A stretch of DNA of 64,000 nt. Origin: an uncultured Acidobacteriota bacterium (GTDB taxonomy: Bacteria; Acidobacteriota; Thermoanaerobaculia; Gp7-AA8). Below are positions 8,737-18,022 of the stretch, one piece after another. The notes below the pieces were generated by a model. It was not told the origin of the DNA, searched no databases, and worked only from the letters and a program-made list of their open reading frames with translations. The DNA is taken from positions 512,001 to 576,000 of the forward strand of contig CAVUKB010000005.1 of the NCBI GenBank assembly GCA_963741955.1, in the 5' to 3' direction. The position numbers and the translations under genes were made by a program. The stretch's first letter is position 1, and the number at the start of each line of letters is the position of its first letter.

Positions 8737-11130
8737 TCAGTGGAGGGTGGTGCCCGTGAGCGCTCGCACCACGTCCGAATGCGGCTCCGAGGCGGTGATG
8801 GGGACGTCCAGCATCATCCCGAGCTGCTTGAGATGTGTGAAGGGGCTTCCCTCATAATGGAGCTTCGCCGACGGATTCGCAGGGCGGAAGCCGAAGTCGA
8901 CCAGTTTCTGCTGTGCGGGAACGTCGAGAAGAAAGTCGTCCAGCGCGCCGGCCGCGACCTTCTTCTCCGGCGTCACACCGGTGTCGTCGAGGACGTAGAA
9001 CGTCGCGTCGTTCCAGATGTTGATCTTCGGATAGACGACACGCACTTTCCCCCAACGGTCTTCGGCATTCTGCATCTTCGTGATCGCGTCACTTTCGTAG
9101 ACCAGCACACCGTCATACGCAGAGGGCCCTCGCACGACCATCGAGTCCATGATCTCAGTGCTGCTCCCCTCTGCCTGGATGGCAGGCGAGAAACCCTTCA
9201 GCCAGCTCAGGAAGTTCGGATCCTCCACTTCGGCAAGGGAGAGAGCCTGCTGATTCCTGAAGTGTTCGGCGGCGACGACCATCACCCCGGTCAGGCCACT
9301 GAGGTGCTTTGCCGGGTCGCCGATGGCGAATGTGAAGCGTCCCCAGTCGGGCTTCCCCGCGATGGTCGTCCAGCCGTCTTTCTGTCCAAGGGCATCGTGG
9401 ACATGATCGAACGTGACGCTGCCATAGTGTTTCACGAAGGCCTGATAACGGTCATCGAACATGACCACCACACTCGGTGTGAGCGAGATGAGATCCGCCC
9501 GGACGATCGCATCACGCCCGTATTTCGAACGGAACTCCTGCTCCAGGTCCTCCCGGAAGAGATTCGACGGTGCAATCCACGCGTCGATCTCGCGTTTGTC
9601 GTCGAGGATCACCTGGTGCGCCTGACCGGACGGAAGCTGGACGAGGTGAACGTCGATGTTGCGGCCTTCCGGCGACTTCTCGAATTCCGCCACCGCCCAC
9701 TTCAGCCAGTCTGCGTTTTCCCGCCCATGCGCCACCGCGATGCTCACGCGGTTCGTGGTCCCGGCCGCGCCGGTCATAGACGCCTCGGTCGCGGAGCCGC
9801 CACCCTTCCCCCGCTGCCAGAGGATTCCTCCGATCGCCACGAGTACGACGACGATGATCGCCGCGATCATCAGCGGCGGGATCCTGCGAGCCGGCGTGGA
9901 AGGTTTCGGCTGCTCGATCACGGTCGGCGCGTCGAGGTCGGACGTCTTCGGGACCGACGAGAGCCGCGCCTTTTCGCCGACCTCGCTCGCGTCGCGAAGC
10001 TCGGCGAGTCTGCCGAGGAGAGGTGCGGGCGCTCCGGTGGTCTCCCCGAGAGATTCACGACAGAGCTTCAGCGCTTCGAGGAGGGCGAACGCATCGACGA
10101 ATCGCTGCTCGGGATCCTTGTCGAGGCACGTGTCGAGGAGCACCACGATCGCGTCACTCACGTCCGGCCTCGCATCGCGAATCGGAGTGTGCGGGAGCTG
10201 GATCGTGGCCAGCATGATCGATGCGGACGATTCGCCGGTGAACGGCGCATGGCCCGCCAGGAGCGCATACAGAGTCGCGCCCATTCCGAACACGTCGGCA
10301 GGTTTCCCTGCTTTGCGTGCCGACATCGCCTGCTCCGGAGCCATGTATCCCGGCGTGCCCATCCCGGTCTGTGTTCCGGTCAGCGACTGCGCGACCTCCT
10401 CGGTGCGGGCGAGCCCGAGATCCGCGAGCTTCGCCTGGTCGAACCGGAGCTCGTCTGTGCCGCGTCCGTACGGGATCATCACGTTGTCGGGCTTGATGTC
10501 ACGATGGATCACACCCAGACGGTGTGCCGCCGCGAGTCCCTCCGTCGCTGCAATGCAGATGTCGAGCGCCGTCGCCTCGTCGAGATGCCGCCCTTCGCGC
10601 GCCGCCGCCTTCATCGCCGCTCCGGCGGAGACACCCCTCACGTACTCCATTACGAGATAGAAGAGTCCCGCTTCCTCGTTGACGTCGGTGACCCGCACGA
10701 GGTGGGACGACTCGATGTTCGCCGCGATCTGAGCTTCACGAATGAAGCGGTCCACCAGCTGCGGCTGGAGCTCCGCCAGATGAAGAGGGAGAACCTTGAC
10801 CGCGACCTCCTGCCGCAGCAGGGGTTTCACTCCGCGGTAGACGGCGCCCATTCCCCCCTGTCCGAGTTTCTCGAGGATCGGGATTCCGCCGAGCGAAGGG
10901 ATCTCCTTCCCATCGTATGTGACGCGCGGAACGTTCAGCAGGAGTCTGTCGGACGAGAGATCCTCGAGGATCGGAGGAAGTCCCGGGATGGGAGTGGGTC
11001 TCCCTGCAGGCACGACGGTCTCCGCACCACCCGACGCTTCAGGAGTGGGAGTGATTTTCGTCTTTTCCGGATCGTCGCCCGCATGACCGGGTTTCGGGGT
11101 TTCGTCCATCGGGTTCCGTCCTTCCGGCAT
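8737..11130 (-). CDS. Hanks-type Ser/Thr protein kinase with a TM helix and an extracytoplasmic solute-binding-like domain
   Basis: LGQGGMGAVY, VAVKVL, HRDIKPDNV, DLGLAR and GTPGYMAPEQ; TM IAAIIVVVLVAIGGILW; C-terminal ~330 aa resembles a substrate-binding protein. Start may be 11109. Confidence 0.88.
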   Translation of the reverse strand: MPEGRNPMDETPKPGHAGDDPEKTKITPTPEASGGAETVVPAGRPTPIPGLPPILEDLSSDRLLLNVPRVTYDGKEIPSLGGIPILEKLGQGGMGAVYRGVKPLLRQEVAVKVLPLHLAELQPQLVDRFIREAQIAANIESSHLVRVTDVNEEAGLFYLVMEYVRGVSAGAAMKAAAREGRHLDEATALDICIAATEGLAAAHRLGVIHRDIKPDNVMIPYGRGTDELRFDQAKLADLGLARTEEVAQSLTGTQTGMGTPGYMAPEQAMSARKAGKPADVFGMGATLYALLAGHAPFTGESSASIMLATIQLPHTPIRDARPDVSDAIVVLLDTCLDKDPEQRFVDAFALLEALKLCRESLGETTGAPAPLLGRLAELRDASEVGEKARLSSVPKTSDLDAPTVIEQPKPSTPARRIPPLMIAAIIVVVLVAIGGILWQRGKGGGSATEASMTGAAGTTNRVSIAVAHGRENADWLKWAVAEFEKSPEGRNIDVHLVQLPSGQAHQVILDDKREIDAWIAPSNLFREDLEQEFRSKYGRDAIVRADLISLTPSVVVMFDDRYQAFVKHYGSVTFDHVHDALGQKDGWTTIAGKPDWGRFTFAIGDPAKHLSGLTGVMVVAAEHFRNQQALSLAEVEDPNFLSWLKGFSPAIQAEGSSTEIMDSMVVRGPSAYDGVLVYESDAITKMQNAEDRWGKVRVVYPKINIWNDATFYVLDDTGVTPEKKVAAGALDDFLLDVPAQQKLVDFGFRPANPSAKLHYEGSPFTHLKQLGMMLDVPITASEPHSDVVRALTGTTLH

Positions 11131-11249
11131 TGATACGCGACAGTTTCAAAGGAGCTCATCTTAACGCAAAAAAGGAAGATCGGTTTTGGCCGGATGTATG
11201 CTTGCGTTTCGATCCGGTTTCTGTAAGGTTGACTCCCCGGAGGCTCCTG

Positions 11250-12317
11250 ATGGCCGGTGTGCTCTTCCGCAGCGTCAACAAGCGATACGGCGACGTCAGT
11301 GTGATCGACGATCTCGATCTCGAGATCCGCGACCGCGAGATGATGGTCCTGGTCGGCCCGTCCGGTTGCGGGAAATCGACCGCTCTGCGGATGATCGCGG
11401 GACTGGAAGAGATCACATCCGGGACCATCGCAATCGGGGATCACGTGGTGAACGACCTTCCGCCGAAGGAGCGCGACATCGCGATGGTCTTCCAGAGCTA
11501 CGCGCTCTACCCGCACATGACGGTGAGGGAAAATCTCGCATTCGGACTCAGGATGCGGAACGTACCGCGCCCGGAGATCGAGCGGCTCGTCTCGGATGCC
11601 GCAGAGATCCTCGAGATCACCCACCTCCTCGACCGGAAACCGAAGCAGCTCTCGGGCGGACAACGCCAGCGCGTGGCGGTCGGCCGGGCGATCGTCCGCC
11701 ACCCGGCCGTCTTCCTGTTCGACGAGCCGTTGTCGAACCTCGACGCGAAGCTCCGGGTCCAGATGCGTGCCGAGATCACCCGCCTGCAGAGAAGACTCGA
11801 GACGACCTCCGTTTACGTCACGCACGATCAGGTGGAGGCGATGACCATGGGCGACCGGATCGCGGTGATGCGCGCCGGGAAGATCCAGCAGGTCGGCCCT
11901 CCGCTCGAGGTCTACTCCAGCCCTGCCAACCTCTTCGTCGCGCAGTTCATCGGGACGCCGGAGATCAACATCCTCGACGCCCGGATCGGCGAGGACGGAG
12001 CGACGATGGTCTCGATGGGGGTCACGCTTCCCGCCCCGGCGAATCTTCCGGCAGGATCGGGAAGAGAGATCAAGCTCGGCGTCCGGCCGGAGCACGTGCT
12101 GCTCGCCGCGGCCGATTCGCCGGTACGACTCGAGGCGGTCGTGGAGATGGTCGAACCGCTCGGACATCAGTCGATCGTGCACACGTCCGTCGACGGGACG
12201 CGTCTGGTCGCCGCGCTTCCCGCCGAAGTACTGCCTCGCTCGGGAGACCGGATCGGGCTCACGTTCGATGCGCATGCGTTTCATCTCTTCGATGCCGCTA
12301 CCGGTGAGCGCATCTGA
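11250..12317 (+). CDS. Sugar ABC transporter ATP-binding protein (MalK/MsiK/UgpC-like)
   Basis: GPSGCGKST, LSGGQRQRVA, DEPLSNLDAKLR and YVTHDQVEAMT; C-terminal TOBE region; GGAGG RBS before ATG 11250. Confidence 0.93.
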   Translation: MAGVLFRSVNKRYGDVSVIDDLDLEIRDREMMVLVGPSGCGKSTALRMIAGLEEITSGTIAIGDHVVNDLPPKERDIAMVFQSYALYPHMTVRENLAFGLRMRNVPRPEIERLVSDAAEILEITHLLDRKPKQLSGGQRQRVAVGRAIVRHPAVFLFDEPLSNLDAKLRVQMRAEITRLQRRLETTSVYVTHDQVEAMTMGDRIAVMRAGKIQQVGPPLEVYSSPANLFVAQFIGTPEINILDARIGEDGATMVSMGVTLPAPANLPAGSGREIKLGVRPEHVLLAAADSPVRLEAVVEMVEPLGHQSIVHTSVDGTRLVAALPAEVLPRSGDRIGLTFDAHAFHLFDAATGERI

Positions 12318-12405
12318 TCCCGGCGATCGAGATTCCCGTATCGAAGACCTGACCCCGATCCATTGCGAAGCCGAGGCGTCAGGACGTATGCGAACGATTC
12401 GCCTT

Positions 12406-12684
12406 TCAGAACAACTTCGCCGCGAGACTCGGTTCCTTGTCCGTCCGCGTTCCGACTTTGATCGCGGTTGCGAGACGAGGCACTCCGTCGGCGTGAAGCA
12501 TCTCGTGGATCTTCTCGATCGCCGCGAAGATCTGGTGAAGATCCCCTTCGACGTTCGTCCCGTACGCGTGGAGCTGTGCGTGCAGTCCCGCCGCGGCGAG
12601 AATCTCGTGCGCCTTCTTGACCTGATCCCGCACTGAAGTTCCGACCCCGAGCGGGATCACTTGAATCTCGGCAGTAGCAATCAT
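12406..12684 (-). CDS. MTH1187/YkoF family thiamine-binding protein
   Basis: 92 aa, AEIQVIPLGVGTSV...LHAYGTNVEG...IKVGTRTDK; GAGGAG RBS. Confidence 0.85.
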   Translation of the reverse strand: MIATAEIQVIPLGVGTSVRDQVKKAHEILAAAGLHAQLHAYGTNVEGDLHQIFAAIEKIHEMLHADGVPRLATAIKVGTRTDKEPSLAAKLF

Positions 12685-12722
12685 GAGTCACTCCTCCTCG
12701 ACAGTGATATCACGGCGAGCGG

Positions 12723-12852
12723 CGAGAGACGAGAGACGAGAGACGAGAGACGAGAGACGAGAGACGAGAGACGAGAGACGAGAGACGAGAGACGAGAGAC
12801 GAGAGACGAGAGACGAGAGACGAGAGACGAGAGACGAGAGACGAGAGACGAG
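12723..12852. repeat. Perfect heptamer microsatellite (CGAGAGA)x18
   Basis: Directly visible: 18 full copies plus CGAG. Confidence 0.97.
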
Positions 12853-13025
12853 GAGAAGTCAATACGCAGAAGAGCATGTGGTCAAGAGATTTGAGAACAT
12901 AGGGAGATCTCCGGAGCGCCGGACGCGGGGGCGTTGAGGCACTCGAGGCTGTCCGCCGGGAGCGGTCCTCGTCGACACCGCTCCCTCGCCTCACGGTGCC
13001 AGCTCGAAAGAGTCGCGGAAGCGGC

Positions 13026-14633
13026 TCACCCGTTCGGATCGAGGAGAATGATCAGCGCGGAATCGCCCTGAAGCTCGAGCCGCTTCTCGATCCGTGTTCC
13101 CTCCAGGCTCCGGTCCGTCGCCAGGACGACCTCTCCCCGAACTTCGCGGTGCTCGAATTCGACGATCCCGGGGCGGTGCCCGAGGTTCAGCGCGACGAGG
13201 AAGCTTCGCTCGCCGTCGCGCCGTATGTAGGCCAGGAGATCGCCGTCGGTGTTGATCGGGATGAACGCGCCGACGTTGAGCGCCGGCTCGCTCTGGCGCA
13301 ACCGGATCAGCCTCCGGTAAAACGTCAGGAGCGAGCCGGGATCCGCAGATTCGTCTTCCACATTCACGGAGACGTGATCTTCGGGAACCGGCAACCACGG
13401 ATCGCCGGTGCTGAACCCGGCGTTCCCGCCGGACGTCCATTGCATCGGAGTCCGCTGCGGGTCGCGCCCGAGCCCGAGCCCTGGAGTGAGCTTCTCCTGA
13501 GGATCGTGCACCAGCTCGTGAGGGATCGCCACGTCGTGCATCCCGATCTCGTCGCCGTAATACATCGTCGGCGTTCCTCGGAGAGTCAGCAGGAGGGTCG
13601 CCGCCACCGGTGCCTGCTCCTTCCCGACGCGACTGAGCACGCGGGGCTTGTCGTGATTCCCGAGGACCCAGTTCGGCCATCCCCAGGGAGGAAGGGAACC
13701 TTCGTACTTGTCGATCGCGGCAGCGATCTTCCGCGCGTTCCACGGAAGGACGATCAGCTCGAAATTGAACGGGAGGTGTGCTCCGGAACCGTGGAGTCCG
13801 TAGTATTCGACGAGCTGGCCGATCGGGAGATAGATCTCCGCGATCATCACCCGCTGGTCGTATTCGTCGAGGAGAGAGCGCATCTCCGAGACGACGTCGT
13901 GCACTTCCTGCTGGTCGGTGGAGAAAGCGGGGATCACCTCGTGGTAGGGAGGATCGGTCTGCGGGTTGTAGTCGGGATTGGGAGGGTTGTCGCGGAACTG
14001 CGCGTCCTTGATCAAGTGCCACATGACGTCGACCCGGAAGCCGTCCACTCCCTTGTCGAGCCAGAACCGCATCACGTCGTACATCGCGTCGCGGACCTCG
14101 CGATTTCTCCAGTTGAGGTCCGGCTGTTCCTTCAGAAACGCGTGGTAGTAGTACTGCTCCGTCTTCTGGTCGTACTCCCAGGCCTTTCCGCCGAAAGCGC
14201 TCAGCCAGTTGTTCGGCGGCCCTCCCTCCTGGTCCGGATCGAGCCAGAGGTACCAGTCGCGCTTCGGACTGTCCCGCGACGATCGCGACTCGATGAACCA
14301 CGGGTGCTGGTCCGAAGTGTGGTTGGGGACGAAGTCGAGAATGAGCTTCATTCCCCGCCGGTGGACTTCTTCGAGAAGGCGGTCGAAGTCGTCCATCGTC
14401 CCGAACATCGGATGGATTCCGGTGTAGTCGGAGACGTCGTACCCGAAGTCCTTCATCGGCGAAGGGTAGATGGGAGAGATCCAGATCGCGTTCACGCCGA
14501 GGTCCTGGACGTAGTCGAGTTTGCGGACGATCCCTTCGAGATCGCCGATTCCGTCGCCGCTCGAGTCGAGGAACGACCGCGGATAGATCTGGTACACGAT
14601 TCCGTACTGCCACCAGAGATGTTTCTCTCCCAT
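13026..14633 (-). CDS. GH13 alpha-glucosidase / alpha-amylase family hydrolase
   Basis: WWQYGIVYQIYPRSFLDS.GDGIGDL.G, DFGYDVSDY, DFVPNHTS, GVDGFRVD, LGNHD, YYGDEIGM and RDPQRTPMQW. Confidence 0.93.
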   Translation of the reverse strand: MGEKHLWWQYGIVYQIYPRSFLDSSGDGIGDLEGIVRKLDYVQDLGVNAIWISPIYPSPMKDFGYDVSDYTGIHPMFGTMDDFDRLLEEVHRRGMKLILDFVPNHTSDQHPWFIESRSSRDSPKRDWYLWLDPDQEGGPPNNWLSAFGGKAWEYDQKTEQYYYHAFLKEQPDLNWRNREVRDAMYDVMRFWLDKGVDGFRVDVMWHLIKDAQFRDNPPNPDYNPQTDPPYHEVIPAFSTDQQEVHDVVSEMRSLLDEYDQRVMIAEIYLPIGQLVEYYGLHGSGAHLPFNFELIVLPWNARKIAAAIDKYEGSLPPWGWPNWVLGNHDKPRVLSRVGKEQAPVAATLLLTLRGTPTMYYGDEIGMHDVAIPHELVHDPQEKLTPGLGLGRDPQRTPMQWTSGGNAGFSTGDPWLPVPEDHVSVNVEDESADPGSLLTFYRRLIRLRQSEPALNVGAFIPINTDGDLLAYIRRDGERSFLVALNLGHRPGIVEFEHREVRGEVVLATDRSLEGTRIEKRLELQGDSALIILLDPNG

Positions 14634-14844
14634 TGCCAGCCCTCTCGCTGCCGGACATTGCAGAAATCGTTCACACGTCCCGGCCGCAACGCGGGAGGCT
14701 CGCCTGAATCGCTCCGCCAGCTTCCGTGAAGCCTCGGTCACGAACCGCGTTCCGGAGGCGGGAACCACGTCGATATGACGGCGATCCACGGTATGATCTC
14801 GGCGCGCGTACTGTTTACCCGGAGCGCTTCTCAGGAGAACCGGA

Positions 14845-15423
14845 ATGGCAAAAACACCCCCACCGAAACCGCAGTCGACGGCCAGAGGCTTCGCAGCCGG
14901 ATTACTCGTCGCGGCACTGATCGTGGCGATCGGCCTCGCAGTGGTCTGGTTCGTCCGGCGAGGACAACCGCAACAAACCGAGCCCGGACCGATGGCGACC
15001 GCGACCCCTCCCGCTGCACCTGCGCCATCCCCGACCGTGCAGCTTCCTCCGCCACTCCCTCCGGAGCCGTCGGAAGCGGAGATGGAATCCGTGCAGCGCA
15101 TCCCTCCCCCCGAACTTCAACAGAAGCTCGCGGACGGAACGGCGATCGCGATCGACACCCGGGACGTCCAGTCGTACGAAGAAGGGCACATTCCGGGAGC
15201 GCTTCAGATTCCGCTCGGATTCGTCCAGGGTGAGGTCCCGTGGTTCCCGAAGGACAAACTGATCGTCACGTACTGTACGTGACCGCACGAAGAGACGAGC
15301 GCCCGTGCGGCGCTGATCATTCGCGACGGTGGACTGACGAACGTGGCGGCTTTGGGCGGCGGCTTCGACGCCTGGAGAGCGAATGGATTCCCGGTCGATA
15401 CCGGGCTTCCGCAAAAACAATAG
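14845..15423 (+). CDS. Membrane-anchored rhodanese-like protein, probable selenoprotein (in-frame TGA at 15280-15282, motif YCT-U-PHEETSARAA)
   Basis: N-terminal TM helix and Pro-rich linker, then IDTR...YEEGHIPGA. The frame continues past TGA with PHEETSARAALIIRDGGLTNVAALGGGFDAWRANGFPV (canonical rhodanese C-terminus) to TAG 15423. Confidence 0.82.
15298..15314 (+). promoter_or_regulatory. Candidate bacterial SECIS hairpin of the rhodanese gene
   Basis: AGCGCC-CGTGC-GGCGCT stem-loop starts 16 nt after the UGA, with G in the loop. An alternative CCGCACG/CGTGCGG pairing is also possible. Confidence 0.5.
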
Positions 15424-15450
15424 AGACCTGGCCCCGGATCAATCATGGCC

Positions 15451-15508
15451 CCGGATCATTCACGGGATTTCTGATGCGGAGCGCGACGAAATCCCTCGAA
15501 TAGTCCGG
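15451..15508. repeat. Dispersed palindromic element, copy 1 (related copies at 40201-40258 and 48091-48136)
   Basis: CCGGATCATTCACGGGATTTC...GAAATCCCTCGAATAGTCCGG imperfect hairpin. Confidence 0.75.
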
Positions 15509-15641
15509 GCTGGGAGTCTGCGCGAGAGGAACGTCCTCGGGGCCTTTCCGTCTCTCGATCCGTCTGCTGTTTCAATCCGACTCTCGCCTCCCGGAGAATC
15601 GCACCCTAAATTGCTCGTGACGAGAACCGACGGAGGAATCG

Positions 15642-16757
15642 ATGTCCCCCAGCTCCGGCATCAGACGAATCGCCATCTCGACCGGCGGGGGCGATGCCCC
15701 CGGCCTGAACGCCGTGATCCGTGCCGCGGTTCTCGCCGCGTTGAACCGCGGCTGGCAGTGCGTCGGAATCCGCGACGGCTACAACGGACTCCTCCTCCCC
15801 GAGCAGTACGTCGGCGGGGGCCTGATTCCTCTCACCCGCGAGAGCGTGAGGGGGATCACTCCACTCGGTGGGACGATCCTCGGGACGACAAATCGTGGGA
15901 ATCCTCTCAAGTTCCCGGTCTGTGCCAGCGACGGGACGATGACGGAGGTCGACCGATGCGACGAGCTCGTACAGCTGTTCCGTCTGCACCAGATCGACGC
16001 GCTGATCTCGGTTGGCGGTGACGGGTCGCTCGGGATCGCCGCAGTCCTCGCGAACAAAGGGCTCCGCGTCGTCGGCGTGCCGAAGACCATCGACAATGAT
16101 CTCGACGGGACGGTGATCACGTTCGGCTTCGACACCGCGGTCGCGTTCGCGACCGAATCGATCGACCGGCTCCATTCCACCGCCGAAGCTCACAGAAGGG
16201 TGATGGTGGTCGAAGTGATGGGTCGCTACGCCGGTTGGATCGCGTTGAACGCCGGCGTCTCTGCGTCGGCGGACGCGATTCTGATTCCTGAGATCCCTTA
16301 CGATCTCGACATCGTGGCCAGGAGAATCCGCCGCTGCGAAGACGAAGGCCAGAAGCACGCGATCGTGGTGGTGGCGGAGGGTGCAAAGCCGAAGGGAGGA
16401 ACGATCTCTCTCGCCAGAGCGCGCGTGGCGGGCGCGGCGGAACGGCTGGGAGGAATCGGCGAGCACCTCACCGCGGATCTCGAGGCGCTGACCGGGCACG
16501 AAGCGCGTTGCGTGGTTCTCGGGCACCTCCTCCGCGGCGGTTCACCGAGTACGTTCGACCGGCTGCTCTCGCTCCGGTTCGGCGCCGCTGCGGTGCGGGC
16601 GCTCGAGGAGGGAGAGAGCGGAGTGATGGTCGCGCTCGACCCTCCGGTGGTGAAGTACGTTCCGCTGGAGGATGCGACCCGCAGGATGAAGACCGTCCCG
16701 CTCGACTGCGACTCGATCCGGACCGCCCGGGACGTGGGAATCTCGTTCGGCGACTGA
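15642..16757 (+). CDS. pfkA: 6-phosphofructokinase
   Basis: GGDAPGLNAVIR, GGTILGT, GGDGS, PKTIDNDL, VEVMGRYAGWIA and LGHLLRGG. Confidence 0.93.
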   Translation: MSPSSGIRRIAISTGGGDAPGLNAVIRAAVLAALNRGWQCVGIRDGYNGLLLPEQYVGGGLIPLTRESVRGITPLGGTILGTTNRGNPLKFPVCASDGTMTEVDRCDELVQLFRLHQIDALISVGGDGSLGIAAVLANKGLRVVGVPKTIDNDLDGTVITFGFDTAVAFATESIDRLHSTAEAHRRVMVVEVMGRYAGWIALNAGVSASADAILIPEIPYDLDIVARRIRRCEDEGQKHAIVVVAEGAKPKGGTISLARARVAGAAERLGGIGEHLTADLEALTGHEARCVVLGHLLRGGSPSTFDRLLSLRFGAAAVRALEEGESGVMVALDPPVVKYVPLEDATRRMKTVPLDCDSIRTARDVGISFGD

Positions 16758-16811
16758 GTTGCCTGCAGAATCGAACGACGTCGTCCTTCGCGCGAGTGAT
16801 CAAGGAGACGG

Positions 16812-16856
16812 CCAGGAGTCTGCGCGGTAGGAACGTCCTAACGCGCAGACGCCTGG
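16812..16856. terminator. Hairpin between convergent pfkA and dedA (REP-like or terminator)
   Basis: CCAGG-AGTCTGCGCG-gTAGGA..TCCTA-aCGCGCAGAC-GCCTGG. Confidence 0.55.
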
Positions 16857-16857
16857 C

Positions 16858-17493
16858 TCAACTCTGTCCCTTCCGCTTCAGTTTCACGACCCGGTAGACG
16901 TACCAGATGAAGAGGAGTCCGATCACGGCCCAGGTGATCGGCTGGACGTAATCGTGGATCTTCTTGAAGTGCTCGCCGAGCAATCGTCCACCCCATGCCA
17001 GAGCGGTGTTGAACGCGAAGGTCCCGACGAACGAGTAGAAGGCGAACGGTAGAAACGACATTTTCGAAAAGCCGGCCGGGATCGAGATGAATGTCCGGAT
17101 CGCAGGGATGAGGCGTCCGGTGAGGACCGCCAGGCCACCGTGCCTGTCGAACCACTTCTGAGCTTTGTCGAGATGCTTCGGCTCCATCGCCAGCCAGGCG
17201 CCGTGCCGCTGAACGAAGTGACGGAGTTTCTTCTGCGGAATCTTTCTTCCGACGACGTACCAGCCGAAGCTGCCGAGGTTCGCGCCGATGGTCCCGGCGA
17301 GGATCATGATCCAGACGGAATCGTGTCCGGCCGTGGAAAAGTAGCCGGCGAGAGGCATGATCAGTTCGGAGGGGATGAAGACGATGATGTTCTCGGCCAG
17401 CATCAGGACCGCAACCGCGAACCAGCCATGGGCCTCGACGAGCCCTGTAATCCAACCGCTCACGCCGCCACCGTCTGCCAGCGCTGTGCCCAC
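16858..17493 (-). CDS. DedA family membrane protein
   Basis: ENIIVFIPSELIMPLAGY, GRLIPAIRTFISIPAG. Confidence 0.92.
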   Translation of the reverse strand: MGTALADGGGVSGWITGLVEAHGWFAVAVLMLAENIIVFIPSELIMPLAGYFSTAGHDSVWIMILAGTIGANLGSFGWYVVGRKIPQKKLRHFVQRHGAWLAMEPKHLDKAQKWFDRHGGLAVLTGRLIPAIRTFISIPAGFSKMSFLPFAFYSFVGTFAFNTALAWGGRLLGEHFKKIHDYVQPITWAVIGLLFIWYVYRVVKLKRKGQS

Positions 17494-17565
17494 TCGATGG
17501 GATGACGGAAGAACCTCAGTGTTATAGTCGTCGTAAATAGACTGAAGTCATTCACCGCGAAATCG

Positions 17566-17880
17566 ATGAAGAAACTCATTTTTCTGATCCTGGTCATCCT
17601 CGCGATAGCCTTCGTTGTAAAACGGAAGGTCGAGGAGTATTCGCACAACGAAATGGCCGTGAAGCAGTATCTGATCGACCGCTGTCAGGGCGACAGCCAC
17701 TGCGAGGACCAGACCGAAACGCAGTTCGGCGAGTGTTTCACCCACGCCTACGAATTCAGCGTAATTCCGGGGAGAGACCGCATCCGGACCACCACCCTCG
17801 CGAGCTGCCTCTCCGAAAGGCGCGACTGGTTCCACGACAACGATTACGAGCATCCGAAGCTCCCGTTCCCTGCCGATTAG
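17566..17880 (+). CDS. Hypothetical exported or membrane-anchored protein with 4 Cys
   Basis: MKKLIFLILVILAIAFVV N-terminus; coding-like composition. Confidence 0.7.
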   Translation: MKKLIFLILVILAIAFVVKRKVEEYSHNEMAVKQYLIDRCQGDSHCEDQTETQFGECFTHAYEFSVIPGRDRIRTTTLASCLSERRDWFHDNDYEHPKLPFPAD

Positions 17881-18022
17881 CCCGGGCCAGCCCGCATTTC
17901 TCACATCGTCGCCGCTGCGTTCCGCCTCCTCTCGCGCGACTCTCCACCTCTTCGTCTCCGCACGAGGCCGTCACGCGGCGTTCCGGAATCCCCCTTGCAC
18001 GAACTTCGTGCAGGAGGAGCCG

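Noticed and set aside
12661-12994. ORFs with ERRETRD / SSLVSRL repeats
   Set aside because: They are translations of the heptamer microsatellite.
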